The translations under genes and the position numbers were made by a program. This document shows positions 47,521 to 56,985 of a DNA stretch of 64,000 bases, in pieces. The notes below the pieces were generated by a model. The model saw only the letters and a program-made list of their open reading frames with translations. It had not been told where the DNA came from and did not search any database. Origin of the DNA: an uncultured Gammaproteobacteria bacterium (GTDB lineage Bacteria; Pseudomonadota; Gammaproteobacteria; Steroidobacterales; Woeseiaceae); NCBI GenBank assembly GCA_963752875.1, contig CAVWAH010000011.1:121761-185760 (forward strand). The letters run 5' to 3'. Position 1 is the first letter of the stretch. Each line of letters opens with the position of its first letter.

Positions 47521-48450
47521 GAACAGGAGAATCAGCAGTGACGGTGCCCAGGCAATAATCAATACAGTCAACCTGAGAACCAGATACGACGATAACACCA
47601 GCTCTTCGCCGAGTCCCAAGATCGAAAACAGCAGAATACCGGCGACTTCGACTGTGCCCAAGCCATTGAAACTCACCGGTATGTAGGCCACCAACGAACT
47701 GACCGCGACCAGTAATACTACTTCCAGCCATGGAGGATCCTGAGCTCCACCCGCCTGGAAAACGTACCAGTAAGCGGTACCTATCAGGAGGATCTTTAAC
47801 GTTGTGCCGACGAGGTTGATTCCTACCAACCATGGTTTTCCGCTGACAAAGGTCGCGAGGTCCCGAAAGCTCGTACGGACCTTTCCCAGCCATGCAGATT
47901 CTCTCGCAGCATGTAGCAGGACATTCCTGACGAGATACAGGACGATGGCGGCAATCGTCAATACCGCGGCCGCGGTCCAGACAATCGTGCCGGTCTCTAT
48001 CTCGATTTCTTCCGAGAATCGCAGCAGCGCAATTCCCGCCAACAACGCCATGACCAGGAAGCTGATGGATTTGTCGAGTACGGCGCGGGCCATGATTTTC
48101 GACCACTCTACACCGGCTCGCTTCATCAGGTAGGTCAGGCTCGCAACGTCACCTACCTGCCCGGGAACGACAAGCCCCAATGCCCATGAGAACCAATAGA
48201 AAGAGATGAACCTGCCAAAAGACACGGTGGAGTCGATTGCTACCACCAGGTATGCGTTAAAGCCACCTAACAGCGTTGCGATGACGATACATAGGGCACC
48301 GTACAACAAATACTCGGAATTCAGGTGGGTCAGGTGGGAAAGGAGGACTTCACCGTCGACCGAGAAAATCAGAACTGCGATTATCGTGAGACCCGCGACA
48401 ACGCGGAGAATCTTGCTGTGGGTTACGTTTCCGGCGTGATTACGAATCAA
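47500..48450 (-). CDS. flippase-like / LPG_synthase_TM (UPF0104) family membrane protein
   Basis: 316-aa polytopic protein with a TTG start, showing the pattern of the lysylphosphatidylglycerol-synthase TM-region family. Confidence 0.65.
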   Translation of the reverse strand: MIRNHAGNVTHSKILRVVAGLTIIAVLIFSVDGEVLLSHLTHLNSEYLLYGALCIVIATLLGGFNAYLVVAIDSTVSFGRFISFYWFSWALGLVVPGQVGDVASLTYLMKRAGVEWSKIMARAVLDKSISFLVMALLAGIALLRFSEEIEIETGTIVWTAAAVLTIAAIVLYLVRNVLLHAARESAWLGKVRTSFRDLATFVSGKPWLVGINLVGTTLKILLIGTAYWYVFQAGGAQDPPWLEVVLLVAVSSLVAYIPVSFNGLGTVEVAGILLFSILGLGEELVLSSYLVLRLTVLIIAWAPSLLILLFSRKNSR

Positions 48451-48535
48451 TCGACTTGATCACTCTCATCGGATTCCCGGCGACAAAGACACCCTCCGGA
48501 ACATCTTCATATTGCGACGAGTCGGACACAGCTAG
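48440..48535 (-). pseudogene. C-terminal remnant of a hexapeptide-repeat (LbH) O-acetyltransferase
   Basis: The minus-strand frame reads ...VSDSSQYEDVPEGVFVAGNPMRVIKSIDS*, a typical acetyltransferase C-terminus. There is no start codon and no upstream body, because the frame closes at a TAA near 48570 inside the neighbouring gene. Confidence 0.4.
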
Positions 48536-49332
48536 CCCCGTTTCTTCTTGATGGCAGACTCGTCCGGCTTAGTCGCGACCAGCCAGACGCCGGCACCGAA
48601 CTTGGGCCTCGAATGACTCCCTAGCCAGGAAAAGAAATTTAGAACCGGAAATAGCAGGGCGTAAATAATACGGTTCTTTTCTTCAGCTCCCGAAATCCAA
48701 TAGGAGATGTTGTTCGTGAGATTCTCCAGGAAGCCGTAACTGAATCCTCTATTGTCTACCACGAAGCCCGCTTGCTCCACTCTCTCGACGAGTTGCGCCA
48801 TATGGTAGCCGGGTCGTACGTGTCCGGGGACGTCGAAATTCGTCTGCCATGCCAGGACTGGCCATCGGCGATAGAAGTGCGGTACATGCACAACCAAGGC
48901 TCCTGACGTTTCGAGGGATTCAAAAAAGTTCTGCAATACCAATCGATCATCCAGGACATGCTCAAGATTGTCTACGGAGACAATCAGATCATAGAGGTCG
49001 GTGCTGCTGTACTTGGTCAGGTCGGCGTCGATAAAGTTACAGTTGTTGAAGCCCGCCTTTTTGGAAATCTCGCGATTAGCTTTCTGCGCGATTGGATCGG
49101 CATCAACCGCATCGACCTCTGCAGTTGGAAATCGACTCGATAGAAATCGAGTAATGACGCCGCGGCCGCAACCTGCGTCCAGAATACGAGAAGCACTGTC
49201 AGGCAGGATTTGTCTTAGACGACGAACCCGAATTCGCAACCCGACGATTGGCACACCCAGCAGACGGCAATACAACCTGCCAAGAAAGTCGAGTCGGGAA
49301 TCAAAATACAGTTCACTTCCTGGCATGCTCAT
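48532..49332 (-). CDS. class I SAM-dependent methyltransferase
   Basis: Motif I ILDAGCGRGV, 266 aa. Confidence 0.85.
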   Translation of the reverse strand: MSMPGSELYFDSRLDFLGRLYCRLLGVPIVGLRIRVRRLRQILPDSASRILDAGCGRGVITRFLSSRFPTAEVDAVDADPIAQKANREISKKAGFNNCNFIDADLTKYSSTDLYDLIVSVDNLEHVLDDRLVLQNFFESLETSGALVVHVPHFYRRWPVLAWQTNFDVPGHVRPGYHMAQLVERVEQAGFVVDNRGFSYGFLENLTNNISYWISGAEEKNRIIYALLFPVLNFFSWLGSHSRPKFGAGVWLVATKPDESAIKKKRG

Positions 49333-49413
49333 AGAGTGATTTCAGTTTGTCGGAATTCGAATACGTCGGTGCTCCAGCATAGCGAAAACACGGTATAACA
49401 CAAGGTATGGAGT

Positions 49414-50820
49414 CTAGCTCTTGAAATGATCCTCGAGCACCTGCGCAACGCAGCAGGTCAGGCGTTTGCCTGTTTCGATGTGCAGGAATTCATTCGGTCC
49501 GTGTGCATTCGACTTCGGACCCAACAGACCCGTGATCAGGAATTGTGCTTTGGGGAAACGTTCGCCCAGCATGCCCATGAACGGAATCGTGCCACCTGTA
49601 CCCATGTACATCGACGGCTTGCCAAAAAACGCACTAGATGCCTTCTGCATGGATGCTTCGAGCCACTGTGCGATCGCCGGGGCATTCCAGCCAGCCATGC
49701 TGGAATCGGCATCGAACTCGACCTTGGCCAGCGGCGGCCTATCGGCTTCGAGTACTTCCTTGACCGCTACTGCAGCGTCTTCTGCGTTGACGGTTGGTGG
49801 CAGGCGGAAAGATAGTTTCAACACGGTGTAAGGCAAGAGCACATTGCCGGCGTTGATGAGTTCAGGTATTCCTTCCTGACCGGTAACGGCCAGCGTCGGA
49901 CGCCAGGTGTTGTTGAGCAAAAGTTCGGTGTGCGACTCACTGGGCTTCGGATCACTGACAGCCCAGGGGAATTTTTCGTAAACGAGATCCTGCAGCGTTT
50001 CGGCCGCCAGTTTCGCCTGCTCGAGGCGCTGCTCGGGAATGTCTGCGTGCAAAGCCTTCGTTTTGATCTGGCCGCTGTCTTCGTCCTCGACGCGACTGAT
50101 CAGCTGTCGCGCTGTTCGGAAGCTCGAGGGCACCACGCCACTCGCCGATCCCGAATGTACGCCTTCAGTAAGGACATCCACACGTAGCGTGCCAGTCAGG
50201 TTTCCGCGCAACGATGTCGTGCACCAGAGCTGGTCGTAGTTGCCACACTCGGCATCGAGACAAACGACGAGATCCGGTGAGCCAATTCGGTCTTCGAGCA
50301 GGTCAATGTAGTAGGGCAGGTCAAAGCTGCCGCTTTCCTCGCAGCCTTCGACGAGCACGACGCAATGCGCGTGCGGAATGCCTTGCTCCTGCAGCGCCCG
50401 GATTGCTGTCAGCGAACCGAACGTTGCGTAACCGTCGTCGGCACCACCGCGACCATAGAGTTTGCCGTCCTTGATAACAGGCGTCCACGGGTCGAGGTCC
50501 TCATCCCAACCGCTGAACTCGGGCTGCTTGTCGTAGTGACCGTAGAGCAGTACGACCTCATCGGATTGCCCCGGGATGTCAATGAACAGCAAAGGCGTGC
50601 GACCTTCAATTCGGACGATCTCGACCGTCATGTCCTTGATGGGCTGTGTCTTGCACCAGGCTTCGAGCATCTCCACAGCAGTTTCCATGTGGCCGTGTGC
50701 TTCCCAGTCGGGGTCAAAATGTGGCGACTTGTTCGGGACTTTGATGTACTCGGCGATCTCGGGAATGATCGAGTCATCCCACATTTTGCTGACAAAATCA
50801 GCGGCTTGTTTGTTATCCAT
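49414..50820 (-). CDS. M20-family metallopeptidase (dipeptidase-like)
   Basis: LYGHYDKQP, GRGGADDG and EGCEESGS motifs of the M20 family. Confidence 0.85.
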   Translation of the reverse strand: MDNKQAADFVSKMWDDSIIPEIAEYIKVPNKSPHFDPDWEAHGHMETAVEMLEAWCKTQPIKDMTVEIVRIEGRTPLLFIDIPGQSDEVVLLYGHYDKQPEFSGWDEDLDPWTPVIKDGKLYGRGGADDGYATFGSLTAIRALQEQGIPHAHCVVLVEGCEESGSFDLPYYIDLLEDRIGSPDLVVCLDAECGNYDQLWCTTSLRGNLTGTLRVDVLTEGVHSGSASGVVPSSFRTARQLISRVEDEDSGQIKTKALHADIPEQRLEQAKLAAETLQDLVYEKFPWAVSDPKPSESHTELLLNNTWRPTLAVTGQEGIPELINAGNVLLPYTVLKLSFRLPPTVNAEDAAVAVKEVLEADRPPLAKVEFDADSSMAGWNAPAIAQWLEASMQKASSAFFGKPSMYMGTGGTIPFMGMLGERFPKAQFLITGLLGPKSNAHGPNEFLHIETGKRLTCCVAQVLEDHFKS

Positions 50821-50829
50821 ATGCGTGTC

Positions 50830-51681
50830 TTATTTTCCGGTCAGGGAACGAATGAGTGTGCGTGTCATGCGTTCGGTTGTGATGAAAACCCAATTGTACT
50901 GATCGTGATACGGGGCGAGTGGGTTGGCTGCCACAATCTGTTCTGCATCCATGCCCTTGTCTATAAGAGCTTTCACCAGAGCCTCGGCATCGCCTAGCAT
51001 TGCGAGGTCCTGCTCTAGTCCCGCGCGCGTCCCAACCGGGCCGTGTCCCGAGATGAATTTCGTCTCTTCATCCGACATATCGATGAGCTTTTGCATCGCT
51101 GCTTTGTATCCCGCGACCGAGCCGCCACTGTCGAGATCGATGTACGGGAATCTCCCCCGAAAGACGATGTCACCTGGTGCGATGACGTTGGCTTCACGGA
51201 ATAGAATTGCCGCATCCCCATCCGTGTGAGCGGCGGGCACATGAAAGACATAGGCTTCCTGACCGTTGACGTGAAACGTCACCTCATCGGAAAACGTAAT
51301 AACCGGCAGGGCGCCCGGGCCGGTATTAAGCTCGGGGTCGTCATGCATGCGTTTCCTGATGTTGTCGTGCGCAACGATAATCGCGCCGGAGTCGGCTAGC
51401 GTCTCATTGGCACCGACGTGGTCGCCGTGCACATGCGTATTGATCACGAAGTCGACGGGTCGACCGGCGAGTTCCTCTGCCTTGGCAACGACCCGGTCGC
51501 CACTCTGTCGCAGCGAGTCGTCGATCATCACGACGTATTCGTCTCCGACGAGCAGGCCAACGCTCCCGACGGTGTGCAGCATGTAGATGCCATCGGCAAC
51601 TTCAGTGTGTTCGATCGGCGCAGGGGCTTCCTGGGCAAACGCCATGGGTGCGAGCAACAACAGTACGGCCAATTTTCTCAT
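50830..51681 (-). CDS. periplasmic MBL-fold metallohydrolase
   Basis: Signal peptide and THVHGDH metal motif. Confidence 0.8.
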   Translation of the reverse strand: MRKLAVLLLLAPMAFAQEAPAPIEHTEVADGIYMLHTVGSVGLLVGDEYVVMIDDSLRQSGDRVVAKAEELAGRPVDFVINTHVHGDHVGANETLADSGAIIVAHDNIRKRMHDDPELNTGPGALPVITFSDEVTFHVNGQEAYVFHVPAAHTDGDAAILFREANVIAPGDIVFRGRFPYIDLDSGGSVAGYKAAMQKLIDMSDEETKFISGHGPVGTRAGLEQDLAMLGDAEALVKALIDKGMDAEQIVAANPLAPYHDQYNWVFITTERMTRTLIRSLTGK

Positions 51682-51731
51682 CTATGTCTCCGGGCGGGTC
51701 GTTCGGGGCAGCGATTGTACCCCGGATTTCG

Positions 51732-53231
51732 CTATTGGCGCCCCGGGAACGAGAACTGCGCTTTCTCGCGAACACCACCTGATGGCCAGCGCTGCGTGAT
51801 GGTCTTGCGGCGCGTGTAAAAACGCACGCTGTCCGGGCCGTAGGCGTACAAGTCGCCGAACAGGGACCGCTTCCAGCCACCAAAGCTGTGATAGGCCACA
51901 GGAACCGGCAATGGCACGTTGATACCAACCATGCCGACCCTGATGTTGTCGGCGAAGTAGCGGGCAGCTTCGCCGTCACGTGTGAAGATGCAGGTACCGT
52001 TGCCGTACTCGTGATCGTCGATCAACTGCATGGCTCGCTCTTCAGATTCGGCGCGCACGACGCACAATACAGGTCCGAAGATCTCTTCCTGGTAAATACG
52101 CATGTCGGCGGTGACATTGTCGAACAGGCAGGGACCCAGGAAAAACCCGTCTTCGTGATCATTCACGACAAGATCGCGACCGTCTGCGACGAGATCAGCG
52201 CCTTCGTCGACACCAAGGTCGACATAGCCCTTAACTTTCTCGAAGTGCTCCTTCGTTACGAGAGGCCCCATGTGATTCGACGCATCAGTGCCGGGTCCGA
52301 CTTTTAGATCGTTGATCTCTGACTTGAGTTTCGCGACGACGGTGTCGGCTGTTTCATCGCCCACACAAACGGCGACCGCGATCGCCATGCAACGCTCGCC
52401 GCAGGAGCCGAACGCTGCACCCATGAGGGCGCTGACGGCATTATCGAGATCGGCATCGGGCATGACGATTGCGTGGTTTTTGGCACCACCCAGCGCCTGT
52501 ACTCGTTTGCCATTAGCCGTGCCCGTCGAGTAGATGTACTCGGCGATCGGTGTTGAGCCAACAAAGCTGATGGCCTGCACACGCTCATCGTTAAGCAGCG
52601 TATCAACGGCTTCCTTGTCGCCATTGACAAGATTGAACACGCCATCGGGCAGGCCGGCTTCCTTAAACAGGCGAGCTACGATCATCGGTGCAGTCGGATC
52701 CTTCTCCGACGGCTTCAACACGAATGTGTTGCCGCAGGCAATGGCCATCGGGTACATCCACATCGGCACCATCGCAGGGAAGTTGAACGGTGTGATACCG
52801 GCGACAACGCCAAGCGGCTGGAAGTCCGACCAGCTGTCGATGCCTGGACCGACATTGCGGGAGTACTCACCCTTGAGTAGCTCCGGAATCCCACAGGCGT
52901 AGTCGACAACTTCGACGCCGCGGCCAAACTCGCCCATGGCATCGTCGAATACCTTGCCGTGTTCGTCGGTGATTGCAGCAGCGATTTCGTCGGCGTGCTC
53001 CTCTAGCAGTTGCTTGAAGCGGAACATGACCCGTGCACGCTTTGCGGGTGGCGTGTCGCGCCACGCCGGGAATGCGGCTTCAGCTGCAGCGATAGCTTTC
53101 TCGACGGTTGCTTTCGATGCCATGGCGACGTGCCTTGTCAGCTCGCCTGTGGCCGGGTTGTAGACCGGGGCGGGGCGGTTGTCGTCGGCGACATCGACCC
53201 CGTTGATGAAGTGTCCGAGAGGTGTGCTCAT
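51732..53231 (-). CDS. mmsA: CoA-acylating methylmalonate-semialdehyde dehydrogenase
   Basis: 499-aa aldehyde dehydrogenase with MmsA-type motifs (ITPFNFPAMVPMWM, FVLKPSEKDP, GERCMA). Confidence 0.9.
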   Translation of the reverse strand: MSTPLGHFINGVDVADDNRPAPVYNPATGELTRHVAMASKATVEKAIAAAEAAFPAWRDTPPAKRARVMFRFKQLLEEHADEIAAAITDEHGKVFDDAMGEFGRGVEVVDYACGIPELLKGEYSRNVGPGIDSWSDFQPLGVVAGITPFNFPAMVPMWMYPMAIACGNTFVLKPSEKDPTAPMIVARLFKEAGLPDGVFNLVNGDKEAVDTLLNDERVQAISFVGSTPIAEYIYSTGTANGKRVQALGGAKNHAIVMPDADLDNAVSALMGAAFGSCGERCMAIAVAVCVGDETADTVVAKLKSEINDLKVGPGTDASNHMGPLVTKEHFEKVKGYVDLGVDEGADLVADGRDLVVNDHEDGFFLGPCLFDNVTADMRIYQEEIFGPVLCVVRAESEERAMQLIDDHEYGNGTCIFTRDGEAARYFADNIRVGMVGINVPLPVPVAYHSFGGWKRSLFGDLYAYGPDSVRFYTRRKTITQRWPSGGVREKAQFSFPGRQ

Positions 53232-54544
53232 TCGAGTGTATCCATTACGCGGCGGACGGCCTCGAATGACTGTGTCATTTCGTCGGGGTCCGAATTAAGG
53301 AAAGGTGAAAACTGCAGGGTGTCCATGCCGGCACGAATGACGACATTCTCATCCCAGAAACACTTCTTGTGGGCTTCTGCACCACGGGCACCCGGCGAAC
53401 CGTCACGCGGCGCCATTTCGATGGAGCCCATAAGGCCGAAGTTGCGCACGTCAATGACATGCTTATGGTCGGCGAAGGAGTGCAGAATATCTTCAAAGTG
53501 CGGCGCAAGTTCAGTGGCCTGCTGAAACGTCCCTTCTTCCTCGTACACGTCGAGCGCTGCGACACCGGCTGCAGCTGCAACTGGATGGCCCGAGTACGTG
53601 TAGCCGTGGAATATCTCGATCATGTGTTCCGGACCGTTCATGAACGCGTCGTAAATCTCATCGCGCACGAAGACGGCGCCCATAGGCACCACACCGTTGG
53701 TCAGGCCCTTGGCCGTCGTGATGATGTCCGGGGTGACGTCGAAGCGATGAGCGCCGAACGGTGTTCCAAGTCGACCGAATGCCGTAATGACCTCATCAAA
53801 GATCAGCAGGATGCCGTGCTTGTCACAAATTTCGCGAAGGCGCTGCAAGTAACCGGCCGGCGGTGGGATAACACCCGCAGAGCCGGCAACGGGCTCAACG
53901 ATTACGGCCGCGATGTTGCTGCCGTCATGCAGCGCGCAGAGGCGTTCGAGGTCCTCAGCGAGTTCGATCCCGTGCTTCGGCAGGCCACGCGAAAAGGCGT
54001 TGCGTTCAACGTCGAGCGTATGACGCAGGTGATCGACGCCTGGAATCAATGCGGCGCTGAATACCTTGCGGTTCGGCACGATGCCGCCAACCGACATGCC
54101 GCCGAAATTCACGCCGTGATAGCCCTTCTCGCGCCCGATCAGCCGCGTGCGATTGCCTTCGCCTTTTGCCCGGTGATAGCCGAGCGCTATCTTGAGCGCA
54201 GTATCGACCGACTCGGAACCCGAGTTCGTGAAGAAGCAGTGTGAGATGCCCTCGGGCGCGAGTGCTGTGGCGCGTTCGGCCAGTTCCAGTGCCTTGTTGT
54301 TGGTCACCTGGAACGTCATGCAGTAGTCGAGCGTTGCAACCTGCTTTTGCACAGCCTCGACAAGTTTTGGATGACAGTGGCCGATTCCCGACGTCCACAA
54401 GCCGGAAAACGTGTCGTACAGGCGCGTGCCGTTGTCGGTCGTGTACCAGTGGCCTGCGGCTCCGGTGATGACACGGGGTTTCTTGTTGAAGTCACGGTTG
54501 GCCGTGAACGGCAACCAATAGGCGTTTTCAACTGCGGCATTCAT
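53228..54544 (-). CDS. class-III aminotransferase (omega-amino acid/beta-alanine:pyruvate type)
   Basis: Class-III PLP fold (SGSESVDTA, DEVITAFGR, TTAKG). ATGA overlap with mmsA. Confidence 0.85.
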   Translation of the reverse strand: MNAAVENAYWLPFTANRDFNKKPRVITGAAGHWYTTDNGTRLYDTFSGLWTSGIGHCHPKLVEAVQKQVATLDYCMTFQVTNNKALELAERATALAPEGISHCFFTNSGSESVDTALKIALGYHRAKGEGNRTRLIGREKGYHGVNFGGMSVGGIVPNRKVFSAALIPGVDHLRHTLDVERNAFSRGLPKHGIELAEDLERLCALHDGSNIAAVIVEPVAGSAGVIPPPAGYLQRLREICDKHGILLIFDEVITAFGRLGTPFGAHRFDVTPDIITTAKGLTNGVVPMGAVFVRDEIYDAFMNGPEHMIEIFHGYTYSGHPVAAAAGVAALDVYEEEGTFQQATELAPHFEDILHSFADHKHVIDVRNFGLMGSIEMAPRDGSPGARGAEAHKKCFWDENVVIRAGMDTLQFSPFLNSDPDEMTQSFEAVRRVMDTLE

Positions 54545-54661
54545 GAATGCGCCTCCGGTAACAGGGCGGGGAACCGTGAGTGTACGCCTGGACCCTAATG
54601 TTAAACAATACGTTACGTATGGCTCTGTAACTTATTGATTGATATGGAACGGTGGGCGATA

Positions 54662-55246
54662 ATGTTTAGTAAGCTAAACAATCTTGAGGATTTTCCCGTG
54701 GACAAGGAAATTGGTGGTCGCCTGAAAGCCATACGCCGGCGACTGGACCTGTCGCAGCGGCAACTGGCGCGCCAATCGGGCGTCGCGAACGCGACGATCT
54801 CACAGGTCGAAGCGGGCAAACTCAACCCGACGGTCAGCATGCTCAAAAAGATCCTCGATGGTGTGCCTATGGGCCTCGCCGAGTTTTTTGCGGGCGACCT
54901 GCAGCCGCAGGATCGCCTGTTTTTTCGCGCTGATGAACTCGCCGAGATCGCCGACGGTGGCGTTTCCTACCGCCAGGTAGGCACCAATCTCGCGACGAAA
55001 TCGATTCAGTTACTCAAGGAGTGCTATCAGCCGGGCGCCGGCACCGGCAAGCACTCGATGACGCACGAGGGGGAGGAGTGCGGCATTATCCTCAAGGGAC
55101 GCCTGCGAGTGACAGTGGGCGATGACATCGCGACGCTAACGGCAGGCGATGCTTACTATTTCAAGAGCTCGCAACCGCACACGTTCGAAAATCCAGGGAG
55201 TGAACCCTGCGAATTGATTTCCGCCTGTACGCCACCGAGCTTCTAG
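54662..55246 (+). CDS. XRE-family HTH plus cupin domain transcriptional regulator
   Basis: HTH LSQRQLARQSGVANATISQVEAG and a C-terminal cupin (GEECGIILKGRL...AGDAYYF). Alternative starts are at 54635 and 54644. Divergent from the aminotransferase-mmsA operon. Confidence 0.8.
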   Translation: MFSKLNNLEDFPVDKEIGGRLKAIRRRLDLSQRQLARQSGVANATISQVEAGKLNPTVSMLKKILDGVPMGLAEFFAGDLQPQDRLFFRADELAEIADGGVSYRQVGTNLATKSIQLLKECYQPGAGTGKHSMTHEGEECGIILKGRLRVTVGDDIATLTAGDAYYFKSSQPHTFENPGSEPCELISACTPPSF

Positions 55247-55430
55247 GTCAGCAACATGAGTGTCTGCTTTTGAGTTTCGAGTCAGAAGACTCGGCTACTA
55301 GCAGCCAACCTCGCCCTAGACAACACTTCAACCTGATCATCGGCCGAGCTCTCGATGACAGTGCTATTGCTGACCAAATCGATTGAGTTGGTGGAGTCCC
55401 GGTCGGTTAGAATCCTGTTAGGTCAAATAG

Positions 55431-55455
55431 AAAAGGCCGCTTCAAGAGCGGCCTT
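55431..55455 (-). terminator. rho-independent terminator of the 56830->55476 operon
   Basis: 10-bp perfect stem aaaggccgct / agcggccttt with a 5-nt loop. On the minus-strand transcript it is followed by UUUUCUAUUU. Confidence 0.65.
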
Positions 55456-55475
55456 TAGTTAGCAAGTACGGTAAC

Positions 55476-56075
55476 TCATGGTCGCTGGCAGGTTATCACT
55501 ACCTCACCGTCCTTAAATTCTGTATGGCATCCACCTCCGCCAGAGCCGGAACCGCCATACCAGGCGCCGCCATCCCAACCGCCACCTCCACCTCCGCCAG
55601 AACCTCCGCCAGAAGCTCCGCCAGAAGCTCCGCCATCTGATTGGTATCCTGGTTCATTCGCATTTCCTACGGGCAATGTACCGGACATATCGTCATTGGT
55701 GAATTGGTAGTCAACGATTTCTCCGTTCTCGTAGATTACCCTGATTTGAATTATGAGACTCTCAACGAGTAGAGGATCTAAATCTCCGAAATCTAAATCC
55801 GGCACAATATATGAGTACTCGGCGTTCATGTCGATCGTGACGGTCAGTCCAGACGGGTCGGTAATCTGAAACCGATCCGCATCATCCACCGTCATCCAGG
55901 AATCTGGGCCCCAAACCTGGTTGTAGGCAAAATTCCTCGCGTCTTGAGGGAAGTCGGCAAGGGATCGACACGCTGCGCAGTAGATATTCGGCGTGTGTGG
56001 GTGGTCCTGTGCCTTCACATCAGTCGATAGAAGCAGGACGAAGAGTGCGGCAAGAATGTAGGAAGATAATCTCAT
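55476..56075 (-). CDS. secreted hypothetical protein with C-terminal poly-Gly/Ser tract
   Basis: Signal peptide ...STDVKAQD. Tail GGASGGASGGGSGGGGGGGWDGGAWYGGSGSGGGGC...C. No family recognised. Confidence 0.5.
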   Translation of the reverse strand: MRLSSYILAALFVLLLSTDVKAQDHPHTPNIYCAACRSLADFPQDARNFAYNQVWGPDSWMTVDDADRFQITDPSGLTVTIDMNAEYSYIVPDLDFGDLDPLLVESLIIQIRVIYENGEIVDYQFTNDDMSGTLPVGNANEPGYQSDGGASGGASGGGSGGGGGGGWDGGAWYGGSGSGGGGCHTEFKDGEVVITCQRP

Positions 56076-56830
56076 GATGACGACGCCTCCTCAATGGAGC
56101 TCTCTCCGAAAACCTCTAGTTGCACTTTCTCTATGTATTCCAGGTTGAGTTGAACTCCGCGCTCAAGCTCCGCGAGGTCCGCTTCATCGAAGCCTGCTTC
56201 TCGAAGCTCTTCCACAATCCACTGCGTGCTGGTCTTCGAGCCAAGCGACTGCGCGGTCCTGGCCAAAACATAGTTGTTTGCAATCGCGTTCTTGGCTTCG
56301 AGAGTGTCGCCGCGCAGACTATATACGTGTGCAGAGAGCCACATCATGGGCTCAACGTTGTCCGGCTTGAGTGCAACCGCTCTTAGAAGATAGTGCCGAG
56401 ACTTCTCAAGATCCGCCTCCACCAGTCGCTTGCCGAGAACGCTGGCGGCCTGCCAGTCGTCAAATGCCATCACCTCGAGGGTTTCATTGCTAAGCTCCTC
56501 ATAAGCGCTAGTGCTTTCGTGTATAGGAACACAGGTAAATGCCTCGATAACGGTTCCGTTGCCGACATCGACGTACCGCCGCTCAACGTCGCAATTTCGG
56601 TCCTTGCGAACTTCAATGCCCATAACCGTTTCTGTGGTCGGGCTTCCTTCTACTGCAGTCAGGACGGTTTCTATTTCGGTGGCAGAGCGGGTGTTTAGCT
56701 GGACGTCAATTGCCGGGTCACCAGCGGATTTTCCACTGTCGACAAGGTTGTCCGGACCTTGGTAGAACCATAGTCCTAGCAAAGCAACGCCAATCCCACC
56801 AGACCCTAAAAATACAGACTTTTTATTCAT
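56072..56830 (-). CDS. membrane-anchored hypothetical protein
   Basis: N-terminal TM helix, helical C-terminal half, and ATGA overlap with the downstream gene. No family recognised. Confidence 0.5.
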   Translation of the reverse strand: MNKKSVFLGSGGIGVALLGLWFYQGPDNLVDSGKSAGDPAIDVQLNTRSATEIETVLTAVEGSPTTETVMGIEVRKDRNCDVERRYVDVGNGTVIEAFTCVPIHESTSAYEELSNETLEVMAFDDWQAASVLGKRLVEADLEKSRHYLLRAVALKPDNVEPMMWLSAHVYSLRGDTLEAKNAIANNYVLARTAQSLGSKTSTQWIVEELREAGFDEADLAELERGVQLNLEYIEKVQLEVFGESSIEEASSS

Positions 56831-56985
56831 TCAAGTTCCCTTCCTCTTTGTTTTAGTTTCGCCCACAACCTAAGCAGAGACTACCTAAAGTGCCAAAGAT
56901 GGTCCGTCTAATAATGGGTCAATAGTTCCAAATTCTTGAGGATCTACATTAGTCGGTCGTCCAAATATTCGATGTCGGGAACACG

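Noticed and set aside
47489-48106. 205-aa minus-strand ORF
   Set aside because: It is an alternative frame overlapping the flippase-like gene on the same strand. Its product is R-rich and non-membrane-like, unlike the coherent polytopic protein in the 47500-48450 frame.
55391-55425. tRNA-like T-arm (ggttagaatcc resembles GGTTCGAATCC) as a possible integration-site remnant
   Set aside because: The flanking bases do not form a T-stem (gtcgg versus cctgt), and there is no acceptor stem or CCA context.
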